Source: Lachnospiraceae bacterium (GTDB taxonomy: Bacteria; Bacillota; Clostridia; Lachnospirales; Lachnospiraceae). Taken from it: a stretch of DNA of 64,000 bases. The notes under the pieces were generated by a model. That model was not told the DNA's origin. It saw only the letters and a program-made list of their open reading frames with translations, and did no database searches. The DNA is taken from positions 79 through 64,078 of the forward strand of contig JAQXZD010000028.1 of assembly GCA_029227035.1 (NCBI GenBank). Direction: 5' to 3'. The translations under genes and the position numbers were made by a program. Below, piece after piece: positions 9,875-20,444 of the stretch. How positions within the stretch are numbered: position 1 is the stretch's first letter; each line of letters begins with the position of its first letter.

Positions 9875-10605
9875 TCCTGAATTCCTCCTTCCGCAATTTT
9901 GATAAATGCTTTTTCCAGGCTGTCCTGTCCGGTTAATTGCTTTAACTCGGTTACGGTTCCCTGAGCTTTAATGCTTCCGTTTATCATAACGGCTACTTCA
10001 TCCGAAAGACTTTCGGCTTCTTCCATATAGTGGGTAGTCAGCACAATGGTGGTGGTTTTTCGGATTTCTCTTAAAATCTTCCAGAGCTCCTGTCTTGCCA
10101 GTACATCCAGTCCAAGAGTCGGTTCATCCAAAAATAAAATACGCGGTTCCGTAATCATTGCCATGGCAATGCTCAGTCTGCGCTGCCATCCGCCGGACAG
10201 AGTCTTTGCTTTCGCTTTTTCCACATTCTGCAGGGAAAACATTTCTATCATTTCATTGGTTTTGTCCGCCGCTTTCTTTCGATTCATGCCATAGATCTGC
10301 GCCATGAATTCAAGGTTTTCCCGAACCGTCAGGTTAGGTGCCACAGAGGTATCCTGCGGAGATAAATTACTGATCTGCTTTACCTGTGCAAGATCTTCTT
10401 TTACGCTGTAACCAAATATTCTGGCGTCTCCGGCGGTAGGTTTTGACAGTCCTGTCATCATTCGTATGGAGGTGGTTTTTCCGGCACCGTTTACACCCAG
10501 CAGTGAAAAAATGATTCCTTCCTTAATCTCCATGGAAATATTATTGACCGCAATGTTACTGCCGAATTCTTTTCTTAAATTTTTTAGTATGATTGCATCT
10601 TTCAT
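9871..10605 (-). CDS. ABC transporter ATP-binding protein
   Basis: GVNGAGKT, LSGG, LDEPT. Confidence 0.93.
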   Translation of the reverse strand: MKDAIILKNLRKEFGSNIAVNNISMEIKEGIIFSLLGVNGAGKTTSIRMMTGLSKPTAGDARIFGYSVKEDLAQVKQISNLSPQDTSVAPNLTVRENLEFMAQIYGMNRKKAADKTNEMIEMFSLQNVEKAKAKTLSGGWQRRLSIAMAMITEPRILFLDEPTLGLDVLARQELWKILREIRKTTTIVLTTHYMEEAESLSDEVAVMINGSIKAQGTVTELKQLTGQDSLEKAFIKIAEGGIQE

Positions 10606-11105
10606 AATGATTCCTCTTCTTTCAGTTCCAAAAGTTTTTTGTTAATTTGTTCGATATTGCTCTTACAGAGCCGATACTGTATCACCCAGTTGACAATATA
10701 GACAGTCAGGTAGCTTATCAGATAGCTCAGCCCCATGGAAAGCCTTGTCTGAGGATATTTGTGAAAACCCCAGCAGAAACAGCCTATCGGGAGTCCGACT
10801 GCGGTCGTGACAATAAAATAAAGAATACTCTGCGCAATCAGACTCAGTCGCTCCAGTTCCATAAGAACAGATCCGGCGCCGAAGGCGGCCCCGATGATTC
10901 CTATCAGTACGGTCTGGACCAGCATTGCAATTGCTTCATTTTGAAATTGTGCAGAAAATTCAGGCAATACAGGAATCATACCTGCTTTTTGATTGATTGC
11001 TGACAAAATCAGTTGAAGTACCGTATAAATGCCGATTGCATACATAAAACAGTTGATTCCTCTAAAAATGGCTTTTTTAATCATAAGACATATCCTCTCT
11101 TTCAA
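10602..11105 (-). CDS. DUF3021-type membrane protein (inhibitor component of a LytTR regulatory system)
   Basis: About 4 TM segments, C-terminal INKKL motif, coupled to LytTR gene. Confidence 0.75.
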   Translation of the reverse strand: MKERICLMIKKAIFRGINCFMYAIGIYTVLQLILSAINQKAGMIPVLPEFSAQFQNEAIAMLVQTVLIGIIGAAFGAGSVLMELERLSLIAQSILYFIVTTAVGLPIGCFCWGFHKYPQTRLSMGLSYLISYLTVYIVNWVIQYRLCKSNIEQINKKLLELKEEESL

Positions 11106-11542
11106 ACGCCCAGTGCTTTTTTAATCTTTGCTACATATCGTCTGGAAACATAAGTTTCCATATTTCCCTTCAGAAACATTTTGACGGTACCCGCAAAGCT
11201 GGTATCCAGTCGTTCGATTTTTTTTAGATTCACAATTTCAGAGTTGGAAATCCGCAGAAATCTTGTTCCGTCCAACTTTTCCTCCAACTCATACAGCCGT
11301 TCCCGGAGGCGGTATTGTCCTTTGTCTGTGGCCACATACACTTTCTTATCCTCTGAAAAAATGCGGATGATCTGGTGACTGGAAAGAGGCACCACCTCAG
11401 TTCCGTCATAAGCAAGCAGGCAGGTATCAAAGGCATCTTTAATGGTTTGATAGGAAACCGCTACTTCTTCTGCATTCTTTTCATGGCAAATATGTATCTC
11501 CAGTTCTTTATATTTTGCATTGATTTCAAGCTTGATTTTCAT
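11102..11542 (-). CDS. LytTR-domain transcriptional regulator without receiver domain
   Basis: RLYELEEKL...FLRISNSEIVN...VSRRY. Confidence 0.9.
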   Translation of the reverse strand: MKIKLEINAKYKELEIHICHEKNAEEVAVSYQTIKDAFDTCLLAYDGTEVVPLSSHQIIRIFSEDKKVYVATDKGQYRLRERLYELEEKLDGTRFLRISNSEIVNLKKIERLDTSFAGTVKMFLKGNMETYVSRRYVAKIKKALGV

Positions 11543-11575
11543 AATTTCCTCCCCTGAAGTAATCCGGATAGGCTT

Positions 11576-11646
11576 ATTATAGCAAGCAAAAAAATAAAAG
11601 GAAACCTCAAAGCGATAACTGGTATTTCCGGAAGGATAAACGGTAT
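11576..11646 (-). promoter_or_regulatory. LytTR-type promoter with paired direct repeats and extended -10
   Basis: Minus strand ATACCGTTTATC and ATACCAGTTATC at a 21-bp period, then TGCTATAAT. Confidence 0.7.
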
Positions 11647-11707
11647 AAGTTAATGAAATTTGTAAAATGCTTTGCTATAATATGAAAAGAAAAGGAGTTA
11701 CATTTTT

Positions 11708-12511
11708 ATGATAGATAATGCAATTGTTTCAGAGGGAATTGAATATATATTACGGCACTTGAGCGAGAATATCACCATCGATGATGTGGCAGGGCATTGT
11801 TTTCTCTCAGCTTCGAGGTTTAGTACGATATTTAAAGAGCAGACAGGAGAGAGTGTATATTCTTTTATCAAGCGGTTAAAGATGGAACAAAGCGCGTTTC
11901 GCTTAAAACTGGAAACGGAAAAATCCATCACCGATATTGGCGAGACCTATGGATACAGCGCTTCCAATTACAGTTGGGCATTTCGTAAGTATCATAAGAT
12001 ATCTCCTTCCGAATTTAGGGAAGATATGGATGCTTCAAGGGAAGAGAAAGAAAAAGTCATAGAACGGATTGATTCCATGATACGGTTTGAGACGAAGCCG
12101 GATTATGAAGTGATGTACGAACGCGCAATCGGGAATTATGATGAGCTCAAAAGACATTGGTGCAGGTTTACGGAAAAATATCAGGAGGATATAGACGAGG
12201 ACACCATCTTTTTTGAGCGGACATTTGATGATCCTTCCATTACAGATAAGAACCACTGTATCTATGACATCTGTATGACAAGCAAAAATCTTGAACAGTA
12301 TAAGAATACCAGTGTTCTGGATGGGGGAAAGTTTGTTATATATCCATACAGGGGATTTATCAAAGATATCCGTCACCGGCATCAGGAGTTGGTTGGAATA
12401 TGGTTTCCGGCAAAGCATCTTGAGTTGGACGAACGATATTCTTACGACCAGTACACACTTGTGCGGGAGGATGGATATATGGAATTTGATATATGCATTC
12501 CAATTAAATAA
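11708..12511 (+). CDS. AraC family regulator with GyrI-like effector domain
   Basis: N-terminal AraC double HTH; C-terminal YDIC...GGKF...DICIP. Confidence 0.88.
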   Translation: MIDNAIVSEGIEYILRHLSENITIDDVAGHCFLSASRFSTIFKEQTGESVYSFIKRLKMEQSAFRLKLETEKSITDIGETYGYSASNYSWAFRKYHKISPSEFREDMDASREEKEKVIERIDSMIRFETKPDYEVMYERAIGNYDELKRHWCRFTEKYQEDIDEDTIFFERTFDDPSITDKNHCIYDICMTSKNLEQYKNTSVLDGGKFVIYPYRGFIKDIRHRHQELVGIWFPAKHLELDERYSYDQYTLVREDGYMEFDICIPIK

Positions 12512-12588
12512 CAGTAAGAATTCAGAAGTTTATAAAAAAAAGTCTTGTTATCATTGACTCTGTTATCACACAAACAGTTAAGGAGGCT

Positions 12589-13908
12589 TTGATTATGAAC
12601 TTAGAGATGATTCAAAACAAGAGAAAGCAGGTTATCCTGCAATTTGCAATACCCTCTGTGATAGCGATGGTATTGACGGCGATGATCAATATCATTGACG
12701 GTTATTTCATAGGGAATTATGTGGGAAAAGAAGGTTTGGCAGCAGTGAATCTCGGTCTGCCGATTGTGTATTTTTATCTGGCTGTTGGCCTGATGATTGC
12801 GGTGGGCGGAATCGCTATTGCGGGAAGACTTCTCGGAGCGAATTCGCTGGAAGAGGCAAATCAGGTGTTTCGGCAAACCATGATGCTTTGCCTGATTGTC
12901 ACGGTAGTAATAACGATATGCATGAGCTTTTTATTGCGCCCGCTTTCTTCTTTTTTTCAGGCGGACAGTCTCACGAGAGCATATTTTGTGGACTATTATG
13001 CCATCCTGCTTTTCGAGCTGCCGATGATGGTACTTCTGTCCACATGCGGAATGTTTATCCGGGGTGAGGGAAATCCGGTGTTTATTATGATGTCCAATCT
13101 GATGACGGTGATTCTGAATATTGTACTGGATTATCTGTTTGTAAAACCTCTTCAACTTGGAGTGCGCGGAGTTGCACTGGCTTCACTTTTGTCGTCAGGC
13201 ATTGTATTGGCTTTTTCACTGCTGTATTTTAAGAAAAAATCGAGAGTATTCAAACTGGGTGCGTTTCGATTTGACAAAGCGACAATCAAAGAGATGATTC
13301 TAAACGGAAGCTCCGAGTTTATAGGGGAACTGTCCATGTGCATTTCCATGGCAGCCTACAATTTTGTTGTCCTGAAGTATGCCGGAGTAAATGGCGTAGC
13401 AGCTTTTACGATTATCGGATATGTGTCGTATGTATTTAGTATGATTATTATCGGATTCGGGCAGGGAATGGTGCCGATTGTCAGCTTTACTTTCGGAGCC
13501 CGTCAGCACGCACTGGCAAAAAAGGTGCGTAATACCACCATGAGTTTTGTTGTGATTGCGGCATTGGTTGTGTTTGTAACCATGACCTGCCTTGCCGGAT
13601 GGTACAGCAGCTTATTTTCAAACAGTCAGGAGGTTTCCGCACTGGTAGTACCTGGACTCCGGCTTCAAATGAGTTCTTTTGCTTTTGCGGGAATCAACAC
13701 TATAGCATCTTTCTACTTTACGGCAATCGGAAAAGCCAAAGAATCCGCTGTGATTTCATCCATGAGAGGATTGATTGTGTTGCTGATCGCTATCTTCGTT
13801 TTGTCGTATTTGCTTGGCATTACAGGTGTATGGCTGGTGAGTCTTATCACAGAAGTTGTCACATTGCTTTTTAGCATATGCTATATGGCAAAAGATGCAA
13901 AGAAATAA
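12589..13908 (+). CDS. MATE family efflux transporter
   Basis: IDGYFIGNYVG, NIVLDYLF, GVRGVALAS; about 12 TM. Confidence 0.92.
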   Translation: MIMNLEMIQNKRKQVILQFAIPSVIAMVLTAMINIIDGYFIGNYVGKEGLAAVNLGLPIVYFYLAVGLMIAVGGIAIAGRLLGANSLEEANQVFRQTMMLCLIVTVVITICMSFLLRPLSSFFQADSLTRAYFVDYYAILLFELPMMVLLSTCGMFIRGEGNPVFIMMSNLMTVILNIVLDYLFVKPLQLGVRGVALASLLSSGIVLAFSLLYFKKKSRVFKLGAFRFDKATIKEMILNGSSEFIGELSMCISMAAYNFVVLKYAGVNGVAAFTIIGYVSYVFSMIIIGFGQGMVPIVSFTFGARQHALAKKVRNTTMSFVVIAALVVFVTMTCLAGWYSSLFSNSQEVSALVVPGLRLQMSSFAFAGINTIASFYFTAIGKAKESAVISSMRGLIVLLIAIFVLSYLLGITGVWLVSLITEVVTLLFSICYMAKDAKK

Positions 13909-14069
13909 AGTGAGTTTGGCCCGAAACAAAATTACCTGACAAGCAGCCTGAAGTTTACTGATAGTTGACTTGGTATCACAAAATGTCGGGAGAATCCATT
14001 GAAAAATCGGAAGCATTTGCGTAAACTTATTATAAAGCAATAAGGAAGATACAACAACGGAGGTATCCG

Positions 14070-15194
14070 ATGCCGATTATGAATTCGTTAAAAATTGCCG
14101 AAAACATAGCGCATATGCGAAGGAAGAAGGGAATTACGCAGGAAGAGCTGGCTTCTTTTCTGGGAGTGACCAAGGCATCTGTATCCAAGTGGGAAAACGG
14201 CCAGAGTATGCCGGATATTCTTCTGCTTCCTGAGCTTGCGACTTATTTTGGGATATCGGTGGATGAGCTTTTAGGATATGAGCCGCAGCTTTCCAGGGAG
14301 CAGATTCAGAAGTTGTATGGAGAACTGGGTGAGGATTTTGCCACGCTGCCCTTTGAAGAGGCTTTTGCAAAAAGTGAAGCGCTGGTTAAGAAATATTATT
14401 CCTGTTATCGGTTTCTTCTGCAGATTGCCATCCTGTGGCTCAACCATTATGTGCTTGCAGAGCAAAAGGAAAGACAGCAGGAGATTCTTGTTAAAATGAG
14501 AAAGCTGTGCGACCGTATTATAGAGGAGTGTACGGATGATCAGATATATAGCGATGCGTTGGGAATCCGGGCTTGTATTGACTTTTGTTCCGGGCGTTCG
14601 CAGGATGTGATTGACGGAATTGCCGGTCTGCTCAACCCTCAGAGGGTGTTGAACCAGAGTGACGGAGTGCTGATACAGGCATATCTTATGAACGGTGAGC
14701 CGCAAAAGGCAGACCGTTATGCACAGGCAAGTACTTTTCTCCATATTCTGTTGGCGGTGGCAAACAGTATCTACTTTATTGGCATGCATATAAAGGAAAG
14801 GGAAGTTTGCGAGGAAACAATCGCGAGAGTGGACGCATTGATCCGGATTTATCACTTGGATGAACTTAATCCGAATGTGGCGGCAAACTACTATTTTCAG
14901 ACTGCCGCATATTATGCGGTACATGGGGAGGACAGGAACTGCATGGACAGGCTTCAGATGTTTACAGAGTCCGGCTTTTTTCTTCTGGAAAAAGGCATGC
15001 TGCATGGAGATTCCTATTTTGACAAGCTGGAGAGTTGGGTTGAAACCCTTGACCTGGGTGTGCAGATGCCCCGAAGTCCCAAGCTGGTGCTTCAAAGTAT
15101 GCGGACAAGTCTGGGCAATCCGGTTTTTGATAAAATCCGTGAAAAAAGTGAATTCAAGGAAATCGAAAGAAGAATCAAGGAGGCCAAATTATGA
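14070..15194 (+). CDS. XRE-family HTH regulator with large helical (TPR-like) C-terminal domain
   Basis: ITQEELASFLGVTKASVSKWENG..PDI. Confidence 0.85.
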   Translation: MPIMNSLKIAENIAHMRRKKGITQEELASFLGVTKASVSKWENGQSMPDILLLPELATYFGISVDELLGYEPQLSREQIQKLYGELGEDFATLPFEEAFAKSEALVKKYYSCYRFLLQIAILWLNHYVLAEQKERQQEILVKMRKLCDRIIEECTDDQIYSDALGIRACIDFCSGRSQDVIDGIAGLLNPQRVLNQSDGVLIQAYLMNGEPQKADRYAQASTFLHILLAVANSIYFIGMHIKEREVCEETIARVDALIRIYHLDELNPNVAANYYFQTAAYYAVHGEDRNCMDRLQMFTESGFFLLEKGMLHGDSYFDKLESWVETLDLGVQMPRSPKLVLQSMRTSLGNPVFDKIREKSEFKEIERRIKEAKL

Positions 15195-16000
15195 TAAGTA
15201 CATCAAAAATTATTGCGCTACTGATATCCTTATGCGCCAGTGTAGTACTGCCGATTGTGGTATTGATTGTATACGGAGTAAAGAACAAAGGAAAAGGAAT
15301 ATGGTCAGCATGGTTTCTTGGCGCTGCAGGCTTCTTTTTGCTACAGATGGTTATCAGGACACCGATTATAAAGCTTGTGTCTGCGAATCCGGGAGTCACT
15401 GAGTTTGCCACCGGACATTTTATCCTGTATGCTTTGATCATGGCATTTACGGCTGCCCTTTCAGAGGTAATCGCCAGATATGCGGTTGCCAGGATAATGA
15501 ATAAGAAGCTTACGGTTCAGAGAGGAATTGCAGCAGGCCTTGGACATGGCGGGATAGAAGCCATCATTATAGGCGGAGTGGCATGTATCAACAACCTAGC
15601 ATACATTTTGATGATTAACGGGGGAACCTTTGACGCAATGGTGGAGAAGACGGCTGCTCTTGGGGTGGATACTTCTACGCTGCTTACCATTCAGGATTCC
15701 CTGTTACATACGAATTGGACGATCTTCCTGCTTGTCGGTTATGAGCGGATTCTGACCATGATACTGCAACTGATGCTGAGTTTTCTGATGTGCTATTTCG
15801 TAAGCAGAAAACAGGACATTAAGGGAATTCTGATCTGTCTGCTGTGTCATACTTTGGTTGACTTTACCGCGCCAGTGATTAACAGCAGAATCTCAACTAC
15901 AGCAGCCTACATTATTGTGTATACATTTCTTACAATTATTGCGGTAGTATCTGCCGTTGTTATCTGCCGCATCAAAAAGAAGTGGGATGGGGAGTTATAA
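15191..16000 (+). CDS. YhfC family intramembrane metalloprotease
   Basis: ALSE..R, GLGHGGIEA, ER, HTLVD motifs. Confidence 0.8.
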   Translation: MISTSKIIALLISLCASVVLPIVVLIVYGVKNKGKGIWSAWFLGAAGFFLLQMVIRTPIIKLVSANPGVTEFATGHFILYALIMAFTAALSEVIARYAVARIMNKKLTVQRGIAAGLGHGGIEAIIIGGVACINNLAYILMINGGTFDAMVEKTAALGVDTSTLLTIQDSLLHTNWTIFLLVGYERILTMILQLMLSFLMCYFVSRKQDIKGILICLLCHTLVDFTAPVINSRISTTAAYIIVYTFLTIIAVVSAVVICRIKKKWDGEL

Positions 16001-17233
16001 AGGAAATTGTACACATATCCGGGTTCCCTGTTGCTCTTTGCTTTCAATATGGAAGCGTCCATTATGCAGCCTGACAATTTCCTGCACAATGAACAGACCA
16101 AGCCCCATGCCGCCCTGTTTGCTGTTTCTGGCGCAGTCGGCACGGTAAAATTGCTCTGCCACATGAGGTATCTCCTTTTGGGAGATACCTTTTCCATAAT
16201 CTTGTATTTCAATGCAGGCATGATTGCCCTTTTCTTCCACGGCGATTCTTAATTTCTTCCCATCCATGCCGTATTTTAAGGCATTGTCTATCAAATTTCT
16301 GATCACCCTGCCCAGTTTTTCCCTGTCCCATATTCCTATGATAGGATGTTCCGGGATTGCCAGTTCCAAAGTGTATTGATTTTTTTCGATTTCAGGATAA
16401 TATTCAATCAATATTTCCCGCACCAGTTCGGTTATGTCCACTTTCTGCTTCTGCAGACGGATTGTCCCCAATTCCAACCGGGAATACTCCAGTAACTCAG
16501 ACAGCAGTTTCTCCATGTATACCGCTTTACGGTGAATAATGTCTATATAGGTATTTCGTTCCTCCTCATTATCGTAGATACCGTTTTGAAGCATTTCTGA
16601 ATATCCTACGACAGAAGACAGGGGGGTTCGCAAATCATGGGACAGATTGGATATCATTTCTTTTCTGCGTTTCTCATACAGTTCCTTTTCCTTATATTTG
16701 CGTTGCATGAGATATAATGCCGGTATCAGAAGAATTACAGTAATAACGACTCCGACAATTGCGAGTTTGCCCAGCATTCCTCTGGCTCTTACCATATTGA
16801 ATTTGTAAGACATTGCCTCAAAATCCTGCCGGTCAACAAAGCAGATTAAGTATTCTGTCTGCCTATCCTGCGTGATGGCACAGGCCAATACCTCATAGTC
16901 CTTACAGGAATTCAGTTGTCCGTTTATGGCATCCAGAATATCGCTTTCATCCACAAGAACCGGAACATTTGCGGATGATATCCACACACCATCTGTTATT
17001 ACGGCAAAATCCATGCCCGTATAGCTATTTTTCAGTTGCTTCAGACTCTGCATCTCATCCTCGCCATTCAGGAGAAACTGCTCGCCCTGTGCAAGTGCCT
17101 GCTTCATATCATTATGACTGATTCCGCTAAAATATCCGACGTTCAGACAGTAATAACAAAAAAGAAGAAATACGATCATGGATACGGTGATTACGCCGAC
17201 AAAAGTGCCAAAAAGCTTACGTCCTATTTTCAT
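15995..17233 (-). CDS. Sensor histidine kinase
   Basis: SHDLRTPL, NLIDNALKYG, DYGKGI, GMGLGL. Confidence 0.93.
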   Translation of the reverse strand: MKIGRKLFGTFVGVITVSMIVFLLFCYYCLNVGYFSGISHNDMKQALAQGEQFLLNGEDEMQSLKQLKNSYTGMDFAVITDGVWISSANVPVLVDESDILDAINGQLNSCKDYEVLACAITQDRQTEYLICFVDRQDFEAMSYKFNMVRARGMLGKLAIVGVVITVILLIPALYLMQRKYKEKELYEKRRKEMISNLSHDLRTPLSSVVGYSEMLQNGIYDNEEERNTYIDIIHRKAVYMEKLLSELLEYSRLELGTIRLQKQKVDITELVREILIEYYPEIEKNQYTLELAIPEHPIIGIWDREKLGRVIRNLIDNALKYGMDGKKLRIAVEEKGNHACIEIQDYGKGISQKEIPHVAEQFYRADCARNSKQGGMGLGLFIVQEIVRLHNGRFHIESKEQQGTRICVQFPL

Positions 17234-17915
17234 CTGTTATCTCCAAACGGTACCCGATACCGTGTATTGTCTTTAATAAACCCGGTTTTCTCGGGTTTTC
17301 CTCTATTTTATCGCGTAAATGGCTGATGTATACCATAACGGTGTTGTCATCTTCATAATTGGCATCCCATACCTGGTGGTAAATCTGGCTTTTGGTAAAG
17401 ACCTGATTGGGATGTTCCATGAAGAATTTGAGGAGAAAGATTTCCTTTCCGACTAATTCAACCTTTTCTCCCCGGACCTTAACTTCATAACTGCCCAGAT
17501 CAAGTTCCAGGGTGCCAAGAATCAGCTTTCCGGGATTGGACATGCCGGCTTTCTTCTTTCGTCGCAACTGCACTTTCACTCTTGCCATTAATTCGCCGGG
17601 ACTGAAGGGCTTGGTTACATAATCATCTGCACCCAGCCCAAGTCCCAGGACTTTGTCATATTCTTCCTGTCTTGCGCTGAGAAAAATAACCGGGATGTCT
17701 TTATCCTTGTTACGGATATGCTGTAATACTTCAAAGCCATCCATATCCGCCATCATAATATCCAGAATGACAAGGTCAATTTCCCTTTGGGCAATATGTT
17801 TAAGGGCATCCTGCCCATTTGAACAGGGAATTCCCGTAATTCCTTCTCTTTGTAGGCATTTTATTAACATTTCCCGGATTTCTTCTTCGTCATCCACAAT
17901 CAAAACCTGCTGCAC
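17217..17915 (-). CDS. OmpR-family response regulator
   Basis: VLIVDDE, GADDYVTKPF, TIHGIGY. Confidence 0.95.
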   Translation of the reverse strand: MQQVLIVDDEEEIREMLIKCLQREGITGIPCSNGQDALKHIAQREIDLVILDIMMADMDGFEVLQHIRNKDKDIPVIFLSARQEEYDKVLGLGLGADDYVTKPFSPGELMARVKVQLRRKKKAGMSNPGKLILGTLELDLGSYEVKVRGEKVELVGKEIFLLKFFMEHPNQVFTKSQIYHQVWDANYEDDNTVMVYISHLRDKIEENPRKPGLLKTIHGIGYRLEITDENRT

Positions 17916-17934
17916 GTATTTACCTCCTCAGAGT

Positions 17935-19350
17935 CTATGAAGCAATTTTTTTACGAGTATGGCACACTCTTATCAGAAACAGGCACAGTAACGCACCGGC
18001 TTCCAGTTGTATGTACTTAAATTCAGGTGGGAAAAAGGTAAACAAATAGTAGTTTTCCATTCCCCATATCCATTTGAAAATCCAGTCTTTGTAGAACAAT
18101 ATCACATCACATATACAACAAAGTACAAAGATCATGATACAGGCACTTATTCTTACCGGATTCTTTACCCGAATCAGCTTTTGTTTTCTTATCTTACTTA
18201 CTAAAATGATACCAAAAAGCAGAATGCATAGCAACAGAACTGCTTGAATTCCCGTAAATACCTGCCGTACTTTGGCCATTAAGGAATCGGATACTTTTTC
18301 GCCCAAAGTCAGCTTACTCCAGACTTCCATTAATTCATAAGTCATGTAATATGCCTTATCAGAGTTGGTAACAACTGCGATTCCGCTTTTTGTCTGAGGT
18401 TCAATAACAAGCTGGGCATTCCATCCGGTTAACGTACCGTTATGTTCATACACGGTTCTTCCGTCGCTTAATTTCCTTGGAATAATCCCCAGGCCATAGT
18501 AGCCGCCCTCGCTGAGGGTATTTTCCTGTACCCGGAACATTTCACCGCAGCCGTTATCATAATAATCCATTAACGCGATTCCAAAGAGTGCGAGGTCATG
18601 TGAAGTGGTTGTAACTCCGCCGCCTCCATTCATGACAATAGGGGTTACAGGTGTCGCACAACCGGTACCTGCATAGGGAACTGCCAATTCACCTTTGGTG
18701 TTAGAAGTATCGGAATAATCTGTTTCCTGCATACCTAACGGTTCAAAAACCTGTTCCACCATATAATCTTCAAATTTCATACCTGTCACTTCTTCAATGA
18801 CAAGCTGACAGATTCCATGTCCGACAAATTCCGAATATTCAAACTGTTTCCCCGGTTCTCTCTTTAATCGGACATCATGCAGGGCCAGTGCCTCATCGAT
18901 CGTAGGAAGTGGTGTTGTATAATTATTTTCATCACTGCCCGTCAATCCGGCAGTATGCGACATCAGCCTTCGCAGAGTAACTTTTTCTTCGTTATATTCA
19001 CTTTTAGGGATTTGCCATCTGGTCAGGTATTGGTTTACCGGGGCATCCAGGTCCAGTTTTCCGGCTTCCACCAGTTGCATCACCGCATAGGAGGTTACGG
19101 TTTTGGATATGGATGCTATCTTAAATCTGGTATCATCCGTTACCGGCTTTTTCTTTTCTTTGTTGGCATAACCATAATTTCTGATTTCTTTAATTTGTCC
19201 CTGTTCAATAATGGCTATACTGGCTCCCATAGGGGCATATTTTTGCACCGTTCGGTCTATTTCATCTGCCCCTTTGTCTTTTGGCAGAACTGCGATTGCT
19301 ACTACAAACAGTATGACGGCCAAAGCGATAAACGTTATTCTCTTTTTCAT
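17935..19350 (-). CDS. Membrane-anchored serine hydrolase (beta-lactamase family) with C-terminal TM helices
   Basis: IASISK, LMSHTAG, HNG motifs; signal anchor; hydrophobic C-terminus. Confidence 0.85.
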   Translation of the reverse strand: MKKRITFIALAVILFVVAIAVLPKDKGADEIDRTVQKYAPMGASIAIIEQGQIKEIRNYGYANKEKKKPVTDDTRFKIASISKTVTSYAVMQLVEAGKLDLDAPVNQYLTRWQIPKSEYNEEKVTLRRLMSHTAGLTGSDENNYTTPLPTIDEALALHDVRLKREPGKQFEYSEFVGHGICQLVIEEVTGMKFEDYMVEQVFEPLGMQETDYSDTSNTKGELAVPYAGTGCATPVTPIVMNGGGGVTTTSHDLALFGIALMDYYDNGCGEMFRVQENTLSEGGYYGLGIIPRKLSDGRTVYEHNGTLTGWNAQLVIEPQTKSGIAVVTNSDKAYYMTYELMEVWSKLTLGEKVSDSLMAKVRQVFTGIQAVLLLCILLFGIILVSKIRKQKLIRVKNPVRISACIMIFVLCCICDVILFYKDWIFKWIWGMENYYLFTFFPPEFKYIQLEAGALLCLFLIRVCHTRKKIAS

Positions 19351-19418
19351 GTGTTTCTTTCTCCTTATTCTTTTTATAAGAAACTATAAAACATTCTTTT
19401 AAAAAAGAGCATAAACGC

Positions 19419-19436
19419 ATCTTAAAAAAATCTTAA
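19419..19436 (-). promoter_or_regulatory. Direct-repeat operator (OmpR-type)
   Basis: ATCTTAA twice at an 11-bp period upstream of the hydrolase-regulator-kinase operon. Confidence 0.5.
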
Positions 19437-19468
19437 TCCGCTCAATCGGTGAAAAATGCAAAAAGCCC

Positions 19469-19499
19469 TTGACTCTGACGTTACGTCATAGTGTATGGT
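19469..19499 (+). promoter_or_regulatory. MerR-type promoter/operator
   Basis: TTGACT, 19-bp spacer containing palindrome TGACGTTACGTCA, TATGGT. Confidence 0.85.
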
Positions 19500-19526
19500 A
19501 AAGAAAACAGAGGAAAGGAAGAAAAA

Positions 19527-20441
19527 ATGATGAATGTAAAAGAAATACGATCCGATATAGTTTATACGGAGATCATGAATGCAGAAACCGAAAAGAAGAA
19601 TGATATTTACCGGTATCAGTTAATGAAACCCTTTGAAAAGAAGTGGAGTTGTATCCATGTTCCGCTTAAGGCGGCAGTGCCGGGCGGATATGATGTCATC
19701 ATGGCAAGCGGGATGCTTGGGTTTGCTCTGCCCACGGATATTGACGAGACGCAGAAGAAAAATATAGAGTTAATCGGAGACCGCAAGCTTTGGGAGGCGT
19801 GTACAGAGTCCATTCAAAAATCCCTGGATTGTTTTGCACAGGCAGGCATTCAGCTTCCGGTTCAGGAATATCTGTATACGATTTTGCTGGCAAATCCGGA
19901 CAGTCCGTATATCCGTCTCAGCGATGGCTATTGCGGAGATGGCGGTATCCCGGGATATATTTTTGCCAGCCTTGTGCCGAATGCATTTACCATGAAGCGG
20001 CTTCCGGCGGCATTGGCACACGAAACAAATCATAATGTACGTTTTCAGTTTATCGAATGGAAGAATGATGTTACACTGGCAGAGATGATGGTGAACGAGG
20101 GACTGGCCGAGAATTTTGCAGTGCACCTGTACGGAGTGGAAAATGCAGGGCCGTGGGTGACAAAGACGGATATGCAGACATTGAAGGAAAAAGTAAAGCC
20201 GGTTATTCGAAAAGGCCTTGATGTGCAGGGACTGCAGAACCTGAATGCATATCTCTACGGAGATGAAATTGCACTGGCACAGAATTGTGAACCGGTTGGC
20301 CTGCCATACTGTGCAGGTTATGCCTGCGGTTATCATATGGTCAGACATTATCTGGAAAAGACGGGAATCTCCATTGTAGATGCGACCATTCTTCCGGCGG
20401 ATGAAATATTGGCGAATGTGGAGGATTTCTGGGAGGAGTAA
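19527..20441 (+). CDS. DUF2268-type putative Zn-dependent protease
   Basis: AHETNH (HExxH), EGLAE, GYACGY. Confidence 0.82.
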   Translation: MMNVKEIRSDIVYTEIMNAETEKKNDIYRYQLMKPFEKKWSCIHVPLKAAVPGGYDVIMASGMLGFALPTDIDETQKKNIELIGDRKLWEACTESIQKSLDCFAQAGIQLPVQEYLYTILLANPDSPYIRLSDGYCGDGGIPGYIFASLVPNAFTMKRLPAALAHETNHNVRFQFIEWKNDVTLAEMMVNEGLAENFAVHLYGVENAGPWVTKTDMQTLKEKVKPVIRKGLDVQGLQNLNAYLYGDEIALAQNCEPVGLPYCAGYACGYHMVRHYLEKTGISIVDATILPADEILANVEDFWEE

Positions 20442-20444
20442 ATT

